A DNA stretch of 64,000 nucleotides from Candidatus Dojkabacteria bacterium (lineage in GTDB: Bacteria > Patescibacteriota > Dojkabacteria > GCA-002793355): positions 276,345 through 340,344 of the forward strand of contig CP129470.1 of NCBI GenBank assembly GCA_030583685.1, read 5' to 3'. Made by a program: the position numbers and the translations under genes. A model generated the notes under the pieces. That model did no database searches, was not told where the DNA came from, and worked only from the letters and a program-made list of their open reading frames with translations. This document shows positions 9,777-19,140 of the stretch, one piece after another (positions within the stretch are counted from its first letter, which is position 1; every line of letters begins with the position of its first letter).

Positions 9777-10658
9777 CTATTTTTTTACAATTTTTAAGAG
9801 AATAACTATCAATGCAGTCACAACTCCAAAGAGTGGAAGATACACAACCAGATAGATAATTCCCTTCATCAGAATATCCGTAGTTCCGACCAGTGACCGA
9901 ACAGCTAATTTGAATGTTTTCCCAATTTCGAAGGTTCCTTCAGGCAGATACGGAAGATTATATTCATTTGTGCTTGAATATATCGTGTATTGAGTATTTT
10001 GTGATAATTCATCAAGTGCTTGTTGTCTTCCCTTAAGGGAGTCTATGGTGCGCTGGACCTGATCCAAGTTTGCTTGAACCTCAAGAAGTTCTCGCACTGT
10101 TGTCGCTTTCTGATAAAACTCCTTGACCTTTTTATAGGTTTCTTCGTATTGCGCTAGTTGCCGTTTGATATCGGTATATTCCTGTGTAATTTGATATGAG
10201 GTTTCTTGTCGATCGACAATTTTGAGTGATAACGTTCTTAGCTCCTCAGAAAATTGTTGGACCACCTCGTTAGGAAGCAACACCGTCATGACTCCATCTT
10301 GGCCTTCTGAATCCGTTGCGACGGTAACCTGTTCATTCATGACTTTTCCTCCTGAAGTTGTTACTGCCTGCGTCAATGCGTTGTGTAATTCCACAACACT
10401 TTCAACATGAACACTCACATAATTGGTAGAAACTTTCCTCTCTTGTGTCATGTTACCGACCACTTGAGACTCATACACTGATTTTTCCAGAGGAACTCCA
10501 ACAACAACAGAATCGCCTCCCCAACGAGAATCGGTTGGAGTATTTTGCACAGATATGCGTGGCAACCCACGCAATTGCGACACAAAGGCCAAACTTAACA
10601 ACACCAGGACAACACTTCCAAAAATCGAAATAAGGATTATTTTTTTCTGATTCATCAT
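9777..10658 (-). CDS. hypothetical membrane protein with N-terminal anchor, coiled-coil core and C-terminal TM (DUF4349-like architecture)
   Basis: 293 aa; N-terminal hydrophobic segment, long heptad-like region (QLAQYEETYKKVKEFYQK...), C-terminal hydrophobic helix. Confidence 0.45.
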   Translation of the reverse strand: MMNQKKIILISIFGSVVLVLLSLAFVSQLRGLPRISVQNTPTDSRWGGDSVVVGVPLEKSVYESQVVGNMTQERKVSTNYVSVHVESVVELHNALTQAVTTSGGKVMNEQVTVATDSEGQDGVMTVLLPNEVVQQFSEELRTLSLKIVDRQETSYQITQEYTDIKRQLAQYEETYKKVKEFYQKATTVRELLEVQANLDQVQRTIDSLKGRQQALDELSQNTQYTIYSSTNEYNLPYLPEGTFEIGKTFKLAVRSLVGTTDILMKGIIYLVVYLPLFGVVTALIVILLKIVKK

Positions 10659-10700
10659 AATCTACTGTACCACACCGACAAAATTACCGCGATACCAGGT

Positions 10701-11924
10701 TTAATTGCTTCGTAACGCCTCAATCGGAGACAGTTTTCCTGCTTGTATGGCTGGATACAATCCAAACACAATTCCCACAAGTGACGAAACAAGTAACGAT
10801 GCAATCACCGCACCCGAAGAGATAAACAAAGGCAAGCCTGCCACTTGTTGAATCGCCAGTGCCCCACTAGCGCCAAGAATAATTCCCATAATACCCCCAA
10901 TTAAAGAGAACAACACCGACTCAATAAGAATTTGTGCTTGAATTGCTCGATTGGTTGCTCCAATTGCTTTCCGCAACCCTATCTCCTTCACTCGCTCCTT
11001 TACCGAGACAAGCATAATATTCATGACACCAATTCCTCCAACAATGAGAGATATTGCAGAAATTACCGTAATAAAAAGTGTGACCGTACTCAGAATGGTT
11101 GCAGAGGTCTCGACGATATCGGTTTGTGTGGTCACGGTAAAGTCGACCTTTTGATTTGGTAATAATTCTCTTACTTGACGCATGGTCCTTTCAAGCTGTG
11201 CTTCCACTTCAGAAAGTTGCGCCTGTTCATTTGCAGCAATCAGGATCGCATTCACAGTATTTGGTCTGTCAAAAACCTCTCGATACACTTCAATATTAAT
11301 GTATGCTTCTAAGACTTCACCGCCGAATGCCGCACCGGCAGTATCTTCCACAACCCCCAACACACGAAAATCCCTCCCATTTATCGAGATCTCTCGACCA
11401 AGAGGATTCTGTAACTTAAAGAGTTTTCTTGCTAAACTCTCTCCAATCAGAACATCTCTGTTTGGCTCACCTTGGAGCCGAAAATATTTTCCCGAAACCA
11501 AAGGAATATCAACAATTGAAAAATATTCAGCATCAGTTGCATATACCAACACTTCCGCTTCTTCTCGTGCATACGAGACAGGAAACGTACTAATTTGCCG
11601 ACGAGAAACAAACTCGACCATGTCAGAAGGAATTCTTTTGACTGCGGTAAATTCTTTGTCAGTAAAACTTGACAAAACTGCGCCAAAATTGAACCCAACA
11701 CCACCCCCTTGCTGAGGCTCTCCCGGTTGAATCACAATAAGATTTTTTCCCAAACGACTGGTAATGCTCTGGTTAATATATTCTTGTGCACTCCCCCCGA
11801 TGCTTACCATCATAGTGACGCTTGAAATGCCAATCATTATGCCCAGAACAGTCAAAAAAGAGCGAAGCTTATTCACCGTAATATCTTTTAAGGCACCTGA
11901 GAGAAACTTAAAAAAAAGCGTCAT
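10701..11924 (-). CDS. MacB/FtsX-like ABC transporter permease
   Basis: 407 aa; N-terminal TM, large periplasmic domain, C-terminal FtsX-like 3-TM bundle; 4-bp overlap with upstream ATPase. Confidence 0.75.
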   Translation of the reverse strand: MTLFFKFLSGALKDITVNKLRSFLTVLGIMIGISSVTMMVSIGGSAQEYINQSITSRLGKNLIVIQPGEPQQGGGVGFNFGAVLSSFTDKEFTAVKRIPSDMVEFVSRRQISTFPVSYAREEAEVLVYATDAEYFSIVDIPLVSGKYFRLQGEPNRDVLIGESLARKLFKLQNPLGREISINGRDFRVLGVVEDTAGAAFGGEVLEAYINIEVYREVFDRPNTVNAILIAANEQAQLSEVEAQLERTMRQVRELLPNQKVDFTVTTQTDIVETSATILSTVTLFITVISAISLIVGGIGVMNIMLVSVKERVKEIGLRKAIGATNRAIQAQILIESVLFSLIGGIMGIILGASGALAIQQVAGLPLFISSGAVIASLLVSSLVGIVFGLYPAIQAGKLSPIEALRSN

Positions 11925-12604
11925 ACGATTTTTCCATCTAAAATATTGATTTGCCTGTGCGCATATTGAGCAACGGCGACATCATGGGTTATGAGTAGCA
12001 ACGTTTTCCCCATGTGATGAAGTTTGTCAAAGATTTCCAGGACTACTCGTCCCGTTCTCGAATCGAGATTTCCTGTTGGTTCATCTGCAAGAATCAAATC
12101 TGGATTTGTGAGCAACGAGCGGGCAATAGCAACTCTCTGTTTTTGCCCACCAGAAATTTGTGAGGGTAAATTATTCGCCTTGTCTGCGATGTCCAGCAGT
12201 TCAAGGAGCTCGAAGGCTCGTTCTTTTGGATTGTCAACGTGGACATAAAACGAGGGTAACAAGACATTATCGAGCACCGAATAGCGTTCCAGCAAATTAA
12301 ATGATTGAAATACAAAACCAATAACCTTTCCCCTGTAATGTGCGAGTTCCTGATCATTAAGTAGACCTACTTCTTGCCCAGAGAGTCGGTATGTCCCTTC
12401 CTCATATCTGTCCAGACATCCAATCACATTCATGAGTGTAGACTTGCCACTCCCAGAAGGTCCCACAATTGCCACAAACTCTCCTTTCGTAACCTGCAAA
12501 GACACATCATCGAGTGCATGAAATTCGAGTCCGTCATTTCTATACCATTTATGCAAATGGTTGATGTCGATGACTAATTCATTTGGAACAGTTTTTTTAC
12601 CCAT
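11921..12604 (-). CDS. MacB/LolD-type ABC transporter ATP-binding protein
   Basis: Walker [10 protein letters not shown], signature [13 protein letters not shown], Walker [12 protein letters not shown]. Confidence 0.85.
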   Translation of the reverse strand: MGKKTVPNELVIDINHLHKWYRNDGLEFHALDDVSLQVTKGEFVAIVGPSGSGKSTLMNVIGCLDRYEEGTYRLSGQEVGLLNDQELAHYRGKVIGFVFQSFNLLERYSVLDNVLLPSFYVHVDNPKERAFELLELLDIADKANNLPSQISGGQKQRVAIARSLLTNPDLILADEPTGNLDSRTGRVVLEIFDKLHHMGKTLLLITHDVAVAQYAHRQINILDGKIV

Positions 12605-13638
12605 GGCCTCACTGTCGTAATTCGTTTATCTGGTAATGTATCCACAATAACCTTATCTTCCTTTGAAATACCACTGATAATTTCAACAGCATCATCACCA
12701 ACAGCACCAACCAACACAGCAACGTCAACTGCCTGGCCTTGCTCATTGAGGACAAGCACCGTTCCCGTTTGGTCTTGCTGTACGGTTACTGCATCATACG
12801 GAAGACTCTGCTCCACTGATTTTGTGATAACAATGATATTCCCTTCAAGTTTCGAGCCAAAGGTTATCTCTTGTGGATACTCTGTAAACGAAATTTCGAT
12901 TCTGTATTTCGCATCTTCTGTTGTTTTTGAGATAGGGTTCGCCGATACTGCAGTTACCTTACCACGAAGAATTCGCTCTGATACCCGTGTTTGCACTTCA
13001 ACCTCCATCTCCTTTTCTATTCTCATCACATCTCGCTCGGATACTTCCGCAATAAATGTTTTGTCTTGCGCATCGACCATGACAATCATATTTCCTGTTG
13101 ACGCCACCGATGCCAATCCACTTGCCGAAGGTGAAGCATACGCTTTTGTTGTCACAGAGATAATTTTTCCAGCCCGAGGCGAAGTAATTTTCTTTCGTTG
13201 CAACGCAACCTCAGTATTCTTCATCTGATAGTACGCAGCATTAATTTGTCCTTGTAAGGAGTCGAGCGTTGCTTGTGGCGTCCCTACCTGAGCCTCTGCA
13301 TTCCTTTTTGCCCGAATTGCTGCATAATATCCTGCTTGAGCCGCCTTAAACTGATTCCACTCCACATCATTTACTAATTCGACCAACACCTGATTCTTTT
13401 TAACAACGTCTCCAGCTTTTACCATTACTTTCTTGATGTCTGTAGAAGAGCCAAGTGCTATCTCAGTATAAGAAACAGGATACCAATAGGCAGTAAAATC
13501 AATACTTCTTTTGATTTCTTGGGTAGCTAACGTAGTTGTCGAATATTGTGGAATTGATTCAGAGGTGAAAAGAGTGACAAACACACCAATAAGAAGCACA
13601 ATCACTATAACTATTGATTTTTTGGATACCTTTCTCAT
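12574..13638 (-). CDS. HlyD/MacA-like periplasmic adaptor (membrane fusion protein)
   Basis: 354 aa; N-terminal TM, coiled-coil hairpin region, beta-barrel-like C-terminus; first gene of the permease/ATPase operon. Confidence 0.65.
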   Translation of the reverse strand: MRKVSKKSIVIVIVLLIGVFVTLFTSESIPQYSTTTLATQEIKRSIDFTAYWYPVSYTEIALGSSTDIKKVMVKAGDVVKKNQVLVELVNDVEWNQFKAAQAGYYAAIRAKRNAEAQVGTPQATLDSLQGQINAAYYQMKNTEVALQRKKITSPRAGKIISVTTKAYASPSASGLASVASTGNMIVMVDAQDKTFIAEVSERDVMRIEKEMEVEVQTRVSERILRGKVTAVSANPISKTTEDAKYRIEISFTEYPQEITFGSKLEGNIIVITKSVEQSLPYDAVTVQQDQTGTVLVLNEQGQAVDVAVLVGAVGDDAVEIISGISKEDKVIVDTLPDKRITTVRPWVKKLFQMN

Positions 13639-13685
13639 GCGGGTATTGTATCACGAAATTCGGTCATCTCGATACTCGTCAAACA

Positions 13686-14480
13686 CTATGACGAAAAAAG
13701 TTGATCAAACAACCCCATTAACAACTGGGTGACCATGCCCTGAGAAAGTCGAACAACTTTCCACTCAGTATCTCGAACAATAAATGCGGTCGTTTGATCG
13801 AAACACACGACTCCGACAACACTTCCAGACAGTTTTACCTGAGTTCGAGCAAAGACAAAAGGACGATAGGGTTTCATTTTCTTTGCAAAGGAAGGTAACG
13901 CGGCATCGCGCGAATAGTACAATTCTCGATAAGAGTATACGGATGATCGCAACGCAATATCTTGAAACAGTTTCATTCTTACCTCGTCAATGCCATCAAT
14001 CTTAACCAAATCAATATAGGAGTACACTTCTCCCGAATCTAACGCGTCGTGATAGACAGAAGCTACTGCCTGAATTCCATCTTCAACTGAAAACTGAATC
14101 CCCAGAGATTGCTCTTTAGTCCCTGCGGAAGATGCCTCTTGCAATACTTTTTCCAGCGACCGCTCGAGTGCAGAGACTTGTTGTCGTTGAGTGTCAATGA
14201 TTTCTGACAGTTTTTTTAGGTCTACGGCAGTAACAACCCTCCTTCCTCTACGAACCCCTTCTGTGAGTAATCCTCGTTCAAGAAGCTGTTCGATATGAAA
14301 ATGTACCGTTGTCCGTTTAATTCCAGTTGTGCGCGATAATTCCAGTACTGTTACGGGGCCTGTGTTTGAAATTTCAGTAAACAACATTGCTTGCGTTTCA
14401 TCAAAACCAAGCTGGGCAAGGAGTACGCGTAGTGACTTCATACAATCAGTATATAACATTGTGTCAACGCTGTCTAACAC
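13686..14480 (-). CDS. TrmB-like winged-HTH transcriptional regulator (paralog 2), heads the MacAB-like efflux operon
   Basis: LGFDETQAMLFTEISNTGPVTVLELSRTTGIKRTTVHFHIEQLLERGLL HTH; C-terminal domain shared with the other paralogs. Confidence 0.55.
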   Translation of the reverse strand: MLDSVDTMLYTDCMKSLRVLLAQLGFDETQAMLFTEISNTGPVTVLELSRTTGIKRTTVHFHIEQLLERGLLTEGVRRGRRVVTAVDLKKLSEIIDTQRQQVSALERSLEKVLQEASSAGTKEQSLGIQFSVEDGIQAVASVYHDALDSGEVYSYIDLVKIDGIDEVRMKLFQDIALRSSVYSYRELYYSRDAALPSFAKKMKPYRPFVFARTQVKLSGSVVGVVCFDQTTAFIVRDTEWKVVRLSQGMVTQLLMGLFDQLFSS

Positions 14481-14568
14481 TTTTTTTCATACGGTTCTTG
14501 ATTACATCTTTTTTTAACGGTTTCTTGGTAACACGACGGAGTCAATATTTAATTCTCCTCACTATCTA

Positions 14569-14577
14569 TGATATAAT
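14569..14577 (+). promoter_or_regulatory. extended -10 promoter element (TGaTATAAT) 6 nt upstream of rpmE start codon; implies leaderless or near-leaderless transcript
   Basis: TGATATAAT at 14569-14577, ATG of rpmE at 14584, no Shine-Dalgarno sequence in between. Confidence 0.3.
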
Positions 14578-14583
14578 TCAGCT

Positions 14584-14814
14584 ATGAAACAGAACACGCA
14601 CCCACAATACGACGTGGTAACATTAACTTGCTCAAACTGCAGTGCAACATTTACCGTTGGCACAACAGCAACCAAAGGCTTTAGCGTGGCACTCTGCTCG
14701 CAATGTCACCCGGCATACACCGGTGCTCAATCAATCATTGATACAGCAAACCGAGTATCAAAGTTTATGGAGCGCCAAAAGAAAGCAGAACAGATGCGCA
14801 CAGGAAAGAAATAA
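14584..14814 (+). CDS. rpmE: 50S ribosomal protein L31
   Basis: 76 aa; HPQY...TCSNCS...LCSQCHPAYTG matches the L31 zinc-ribbon pattern (HPKY...CSxC...CSKCHPFYTG). Confidence 0.9.
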   Translation: MKQNTHPQYDVVTLTCSNCSATFTVGTTATKGFSVALCSQCHPAYTGAQSIIDTANRVSKFMERQKKAEQMRTGKK

Positions 14815-14832
14815 CTTCCTTTTTTCCAGCAT

Positions 14833-15936
14833 ATGCTTACGCAATCGGACATTCTTGCATTAGGGCCACAAATCGAAGTAAAACTCGCTGGAATACGTGC
14901 TGACATTGCCAAGCTTTCACAAGAAATTACTGGTGACATTGATTATTCTTCCGAAACATACATCGGTACGCACAAAAAATTACGTGCGCGAGAAAACAGA
15001 AAAGCCGGACTCGAAAAATTACAAAAACTTGTTGCTAGTTATGTCGATAGTCACACTATTCTCTCTGGTAAATCCACAGACGCTGAACTTATAACCCTAG
15101 CAACTGAAGAACTCGCACTAATCGAACCTGAGATACGTGAATTGTATCTCTCCTTTATGAGCGAAACGGCGAAGTTCCAAAATGTTGTTATGGAAATCCG
15201 AGCAGGGGCAGGTGGAGACGAAGCAACGCTTTTTGCACAAGAGATATTCAGAATGTATCAACTTTTCGGTGCTTCTCGTGGATGGAAGGTTGAATTGACC
15301 GATACAGAGCTTTCCGAAAAAGGAGGTTTTAGGCACGCTGATGCCTATATCGAAGGTGATGATGCCTACTTCTGGTTACAATATGAAAGTGGAGTTCACC
15401 GCGTGCAACGAGTTCCCGAAACAGAAAGTTCAGGGAGAATTCATACTTCCACAATTAGTGTCGCGATACTCCCTGAGGTAGAAGATGTTGATGTAAAAAT
15501 CAACCCGAATGACGTCGTCATGGAAGCGTATCGATCGAGTGGACCTGGTGGACAAAGTGTCAATAAAACATCCTCTGCCGTCCGATTACGACATGTTCCA
15601 ACCGGCATTGTGGTAACTTCTCAAGTCGAGCGCTCACAGCTAAAAAATCGTGATGCCGCAATGCGTCAGTTGAAATCTCGCATTTACCAAGCACAACAGG
15701 AGGCGCAAGACAAAGAACTTGGAGATATTCGAAGAGGTCAAATTGGAACAGGCGATCGTTCAGAAAAAATTCGTACCTACAATTTTCCCCAGAGTCGAGT
15801 TACCGACCATCGTGTGAAAAAATCTTGGTTCAACATTGCGGGGATTATGGAAGGTGATATTGAAACGCTGCTCACCGATGTAAGAACCTTACTCACGGAA
15901 ACTGGAATTCAAACAGACGCATCCGATGAAGAGTAA
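14833..15936 (+). CDS. prfA: peptide chain release factor 1
   Basis: GGQ motif (SGPGGQSVNKTSSAVRL) and PET tripeptide at the RF1 PxT codon-recognition position. Confidence 0.9.
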   Translation: MLTQSDILALGPQIEVKLAGIRADIAKLSQEITGDIDYSSETYIGTHKKLRARENRKAGLEKLQKLVASYVDSHTILSGKSTDAELITLATEELALIEPEIRELYLSFMSETAKFQNVVMEIRAGAGGDEATLFAQEIFRMYQLFGASRGWKVELTDTELSEKGGFRHADAYIEGDDAYFWLQYESGVHRVQRVPETESSGRIHTSTISVAILPEVEDVDVKINPNDVVMEAYRSSGPGGQSVNKTSSAVRLRHVPTGIVVTSQVERSQLKNRDAAMRQLKSRIYQAQQEAQDKELGDIRRGQIGTGDRSEKIRTYNFPQSRVTDHRVKKSWFNIAGIMEGDIETLLTDVRTLLTETGIQTDASDEE

Positions 15937-16756
15937 CCACGCGATTGGTATCCTTGCAGAACACCTACGATACCATCAGTATCCTTCAAGTTATCTAGAA
16001 GAACTACGCAGACACTTGCAACTCGACTATACTTCCCAGCAACTTACCACGGTTCAACAAAGCCTTCTGCAGCAGTGTCTTTATTTACTCACAAAACAAG
16101 CACCTGTGGAATACATCGTTGGTAGTGCTCTCTTTAATAATCAACGCTTTTTGGTCACACGAGAGGTGTTAATTCCACGCTTTGACACAGAAAAACTCTT
16201 CCGCGATTCGCTTCAAACCATTCAGAAGCTCCCTCAACCTTCGGCTATTATTGATATCGGAACGGGCTCTGGGATTCTCGCCATCTGCCTCGCAAAGTCG
16301 GTATCTCCCCTGCATTCACTTCATGCTGTTGATATTTCTTCTGCAGCGTTAACACTTGCCCAACTGAATGCCCAAAAACATTCAGTCACTGATCGAATCA
16401 CCTTCCACCTTGCAGACACATATCCCCTTTCTTCAAAAACAAATTCTCCCTTAATTCCTCACGAAGATACGCTTGTGATAGTCAGTAATCCACCTTACCT
16501 AAGAAACACTATTAACCATTCGCTCCCCACTTCTGTAACTGTATACGAACCATCAGTAGCACTATTCGAATCCCTAAACTTCATAACAAAGTTACACTAT
16601 TACCTAACCACTCTCCTTCAGAACAACAAGACTATATTCGTCCATCTCGAGTACGCCAACGAAGACAACACGGTTGTATTCCTAACACTCAGTGGTCAGG
16701 AGGCAGTCAATTTTCTAAACGATAGAATGAGTTCACTTTCTTCTCCCGCCTCCTGA
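15926..16756 (+). CDS. prmC: release factor glutamine N5-methyltransferase PrmC/HemK
   Basis: SAM-binding IDIGTGSGILAI and catalytic NPPY (VSNPPYL); overlaps prfA stop by 11 bp as in the classical prfA-prmC operon. Confidence 0.8.
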   Translation: MKSNHAIGILAEHLRYHQYPSSYLEELRRHLQLDYTSQQLTTVQQSLLQQCLYLLTKQAPVEYIVGSALFNNQRFLVTREVLIPRFDTEKLFRDSLQTIQKLPQPSAIIDIGTGSGILAICLAKSVSPLHSLHAVDISSAALTLAQLNAQKHSVTDRITFHLADTYPLSSKTNSPLIPHEDTLVIVSNPPYLRNTINHSLPTSVTVYEPSVALFESLNFITKLHYYLTTLLQNNKTIFVHLEYANEDNTVVFLTLSGQEAVNFLNDRMSSLSSPAS

Positions 16757-17262
16757 ACATGATACTTCTCTAGTTTCGTTTTTCCCGTGAAAATCGAAGA
16801 ATAGGAAAGATACACTTGTTGAGCTTTGCTCAGTAATTCTCTGACACCTCTGCGAACCTTTCCACCATAGTGGACGGGCCCACCATACGGTGAAACAAGA
16901 ACAATTCCTCGCATGTCCTCGAGAAATCGGGTAGCAAGTAATTGAAACTGGTTATTTCTTTCTTTCCGTTCCCTTTCTGTTAAAATCTTTGGATAAAAAC
17001 TTGTGAAGAATGCCAGTGGTATTGATTTGTTCGGTGAAATTTCCTCCCTTCTATAGACAGGTGTGATGGTTATTGCGTACTTATTTGACCAATATTTCAC
17101 CCACTTACTGACGCCAGGAACATGCAATAAGTATCCTGCGATTGGCATTAAAATGGGTACCTCTGGATACTGTTTTCTGAGATATCTCGCGGTAAAAAGT
17201 ATATCAAACGAGTTCACATGTGCGTCAAGAATTATCGCAGGCGTTTGCACTTCCGGATTCAT
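16696..17262 (-). CDS. putative lysophospholipid acyltransferase-like protein (HX4D motif)
   Basis: AIILDAHVNSFDILF contains an HxxxxD motif typical of PlsC/LPLAT acyltransferases; start taken at MNPEV to avoid overlap with htrA. Weak call. Confidence 0.3.
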   Translation of the reverse strand: MNPEVQTPAIILDAHVNSFDILFTARYLRKQYPEVPILMPIAGYLLHVPGVSKWVKYWSNKYAITITPVYRREEISPNKSIPLAFFTSFYPKILTERERKERNNQFQLLATRFLEDMRGIVLVSPYGGPVHYGGKVRRGVRELLSKAQQVYLSYSSIFTGKTKLEKYHVQEAGEESELILSFRKLTAS

Positions 17263-17263
17263 A

Positions 17264-18517
17264 CTACTCGAGCGTTGAAGGTCGGTCCGCAAGTTTTACT
17301 TTAAGAGAAAGCGTTGTCGATTCGCCACTCACCGAAGAACGAACAACCGTAAGGGTAATCTCGTCCCCCACTTTATGGCGAGATAATGATGACGCCAAGC
17401 TTGTTGAAACACTTTTATCATTAACTTTCGTAATTATATCTCCAACTCGCAACGAAGCACTTTGTGCAGGAGAATTATCAGCAACAGCTCGAACTAAGGC
17501 TCCTGGTTTAACACCATAAAATTCTGCCTCTTGAGAAGTAACCATTCGGTACGAGACGCCAAGATACGGCGTTCGAAATCTTCCATATTGCTTAAATTCT
17601 GCGAGCCTCTGTTGAACAACCGTAATGGGAAGTGCAAACGAAATGTTATCAGCACCGCCTGTTGTCGCAAAATTAACGCCGATTACTTCACCATACAGAT
17701 TCAATAATGGACCACCAGAATTTCCTGGATTGATAGCAGCATCGGTTTGCAAGACATCCTCATATTCTTTTTGCGTCTCCCAAAAACCACCTGTCCGGAC
17801 AGTTCTTCCGAGTCCACTAATGACTCCTACCGTGACACTCCCGGGGAACTCTCCCAACGGCGTCCCAATTGCAATGACCGTTTCTCCGACCTGAACTTCA
17901 GAAGAATTACCCGTTGAAAGCGCAGGAAGGCCCTGTGCGTCTATGACAATAAGCGCAATATCATTTACTTCGTCTCGAATGATCGTTTTTGCCGTATAGG
18001 TTTTGTTGTCCTTAGTTACAACCCGATACGTTGCACGAGTATCTCGTACAACATGTTGATTAGTGACAATAATCCCCGAGGCATCAACAATAAATCCAGT
18101 ACCAATAGTATTGTATTCTTCTTGATCACCTTGCTGCGGTCGTGATGAATCGACAGCAATACTTACCACACTTGGCGAAGCAAGCGTCACTACCTGCGGG
18201 ATTGTTAATACTTCTCCCTGCGGTGTTATAGTCTGTTGAGGAATAAACGGAGACTTGTCCTGACCTCGAGTGCTCTCCCCCGTCTTAAAATTGTGAGTTG
18301 TTAACCACTCATCGACAATCGGATAAACGTTTTTATAGACATATACCCCAGCAACTCCGAATGAAACGCCAAAAATTATAATAAAGAGTAGAAAGAAAAA
18401 GAATTTACGGAAAAATAAGTTCTTCTTTTTTACAGGAAGCGTTGTTTGTGGTGGCTGTATAGTTTTAACTTTTTTCACGACAGCCGCTTGCTTCTCTCCT
18501 CCCTCACCGTCTTTCAT
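17264..18517 (-). CDS. htrA: HtrA/DegP-family serine protease with C-terminal PDZ domain
   Basis: Trypsin-like catalytic motifs TNQHVV and GNSGGPLLN; N-terminal TM anchor; C-terminal PDZ-like region. Confidence 0.85.
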   Translation of the reverse strand: MKDGEGGEKQAAVVKKVKTIQPPQTTLPVKKKNLFFRKFFFFLLFIIIFGVSFGVAGVYVYKNVYPIVDEWLTTHNFKTGESTRGQDKSPFIPQQTITPQGEVLTIPQVVTLASPSVVSIAVDSSRPQQGDQEEYNTIGTGFIVDASGIIVTNQHVVRDTRATYRVVTKDNKTYTAKTIIRDEVNDIALIVIDAQGLPALSTGNSSEVQVGETVIAIGTPLGEFPGSVTVGVISGLGRTVRTGGFWETQKEYEDVLQTDAAINPGNSGGPLLNLYGEVIGVNFATTGGADNISFALPITVVQQRLAEFKQYGRFRTPYLGVSYRMVTSQEAEFYGVKPGALVRAVADNSPAQSASLRVGDIITKVNDKSVSTSLASSLSRHKVGDEITLTVVRSSVSGESTTLSLKVKLADRPSTLE

Positions 18518-18535
18518 ACAATTCCTTGAATAAAC

Positions 18536-19054
18536 TTATTTATGTTTTTTTGTCTCGGTTTCCGAAATAACATCAACATACAGTGGAATTACGGTCACAT
18601 CTTGACGAGATTTGCCATCGACATTCACGAGTAACTCAAACACATACTTACCTGCATATTCTACCCGCTGTGGGATTTTTATCTGAAACTCCGAACTATC
18701 AATATTCTTTAATTGCGGCATTTCTTCGAATAATTCCTGTAACACGAGATGAGGATCAAGACTCCCAAAGACTCTCCCCCCCACCGCTGTTTTGACTGGA
18801 ACTTTAATTGGTTTTCTGATTAACTGCGAAGATGCATAAGAAATTAATTTCATAATGATTCGTTGCTTGTTTTTTTCATTCGTTACCCTGTTTTTTTGCT
18901 CCGCATCTAGCTTTTTCTCATCTGCAACTGTCGCGAGTCGAGCGAGTTTTTTGGGGAACAGAAAATTTCCTGCGTATCCATCTTTCACCACAACAACTGA
19001 ACCTTTTTTACCAATCTGCGGAACATCTGCGAGGAGAACTACTTTTGCTGCCAT
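18536..19054 (-). CDS. rplI: 50S ribosomal protein L9
   Basis: N-terminus MAAKVVLLADVPQIGKKGSVVVVKDGYAGNFLFP matches the L9 N-domain (VILLxDVxxLGxxGDxVxVKxGYARNFLxP). Confidence 0.85.
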   Translation of the reverse strand: MAAKVVLLADVPQIGKKGSVVVVKDGYAGNFLFPKKLARLATVADEKKLDAEQKNRVTNEKNKQRIIMKLISYASSQLIRKPIKVPVKTAVGGRVFGSLDPHLVLQELFEEMPQLKNIDSSEFQIKIPQRVEYAGKYVFELLVNVDGKSRQDVTVIPLYVDVISETETKKHK

Positions 19055-19140
19055 ACTGTAATGTCTATCAACTTAGAAATATCGAATCGAATTCATTATA
19101 CTACACCGCTGTCTCACCGGTGAAGAGAAGAGATTTCTTG

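Noticed and set aside
11182-11715. 177-aa plus-strand ORF
   Set aside because: Antisense to the MacB-like permease gene; no motifs.
14833-15936. Alternative genetic code (UGA recoding) as in some CPR lineages
   Set aside because: ORFs are intact under the standard code; housekeeping genes have expected lengths with TGA-free reading frames ending at conventional stops. The RF1 present here does not by itself indicate recoding.
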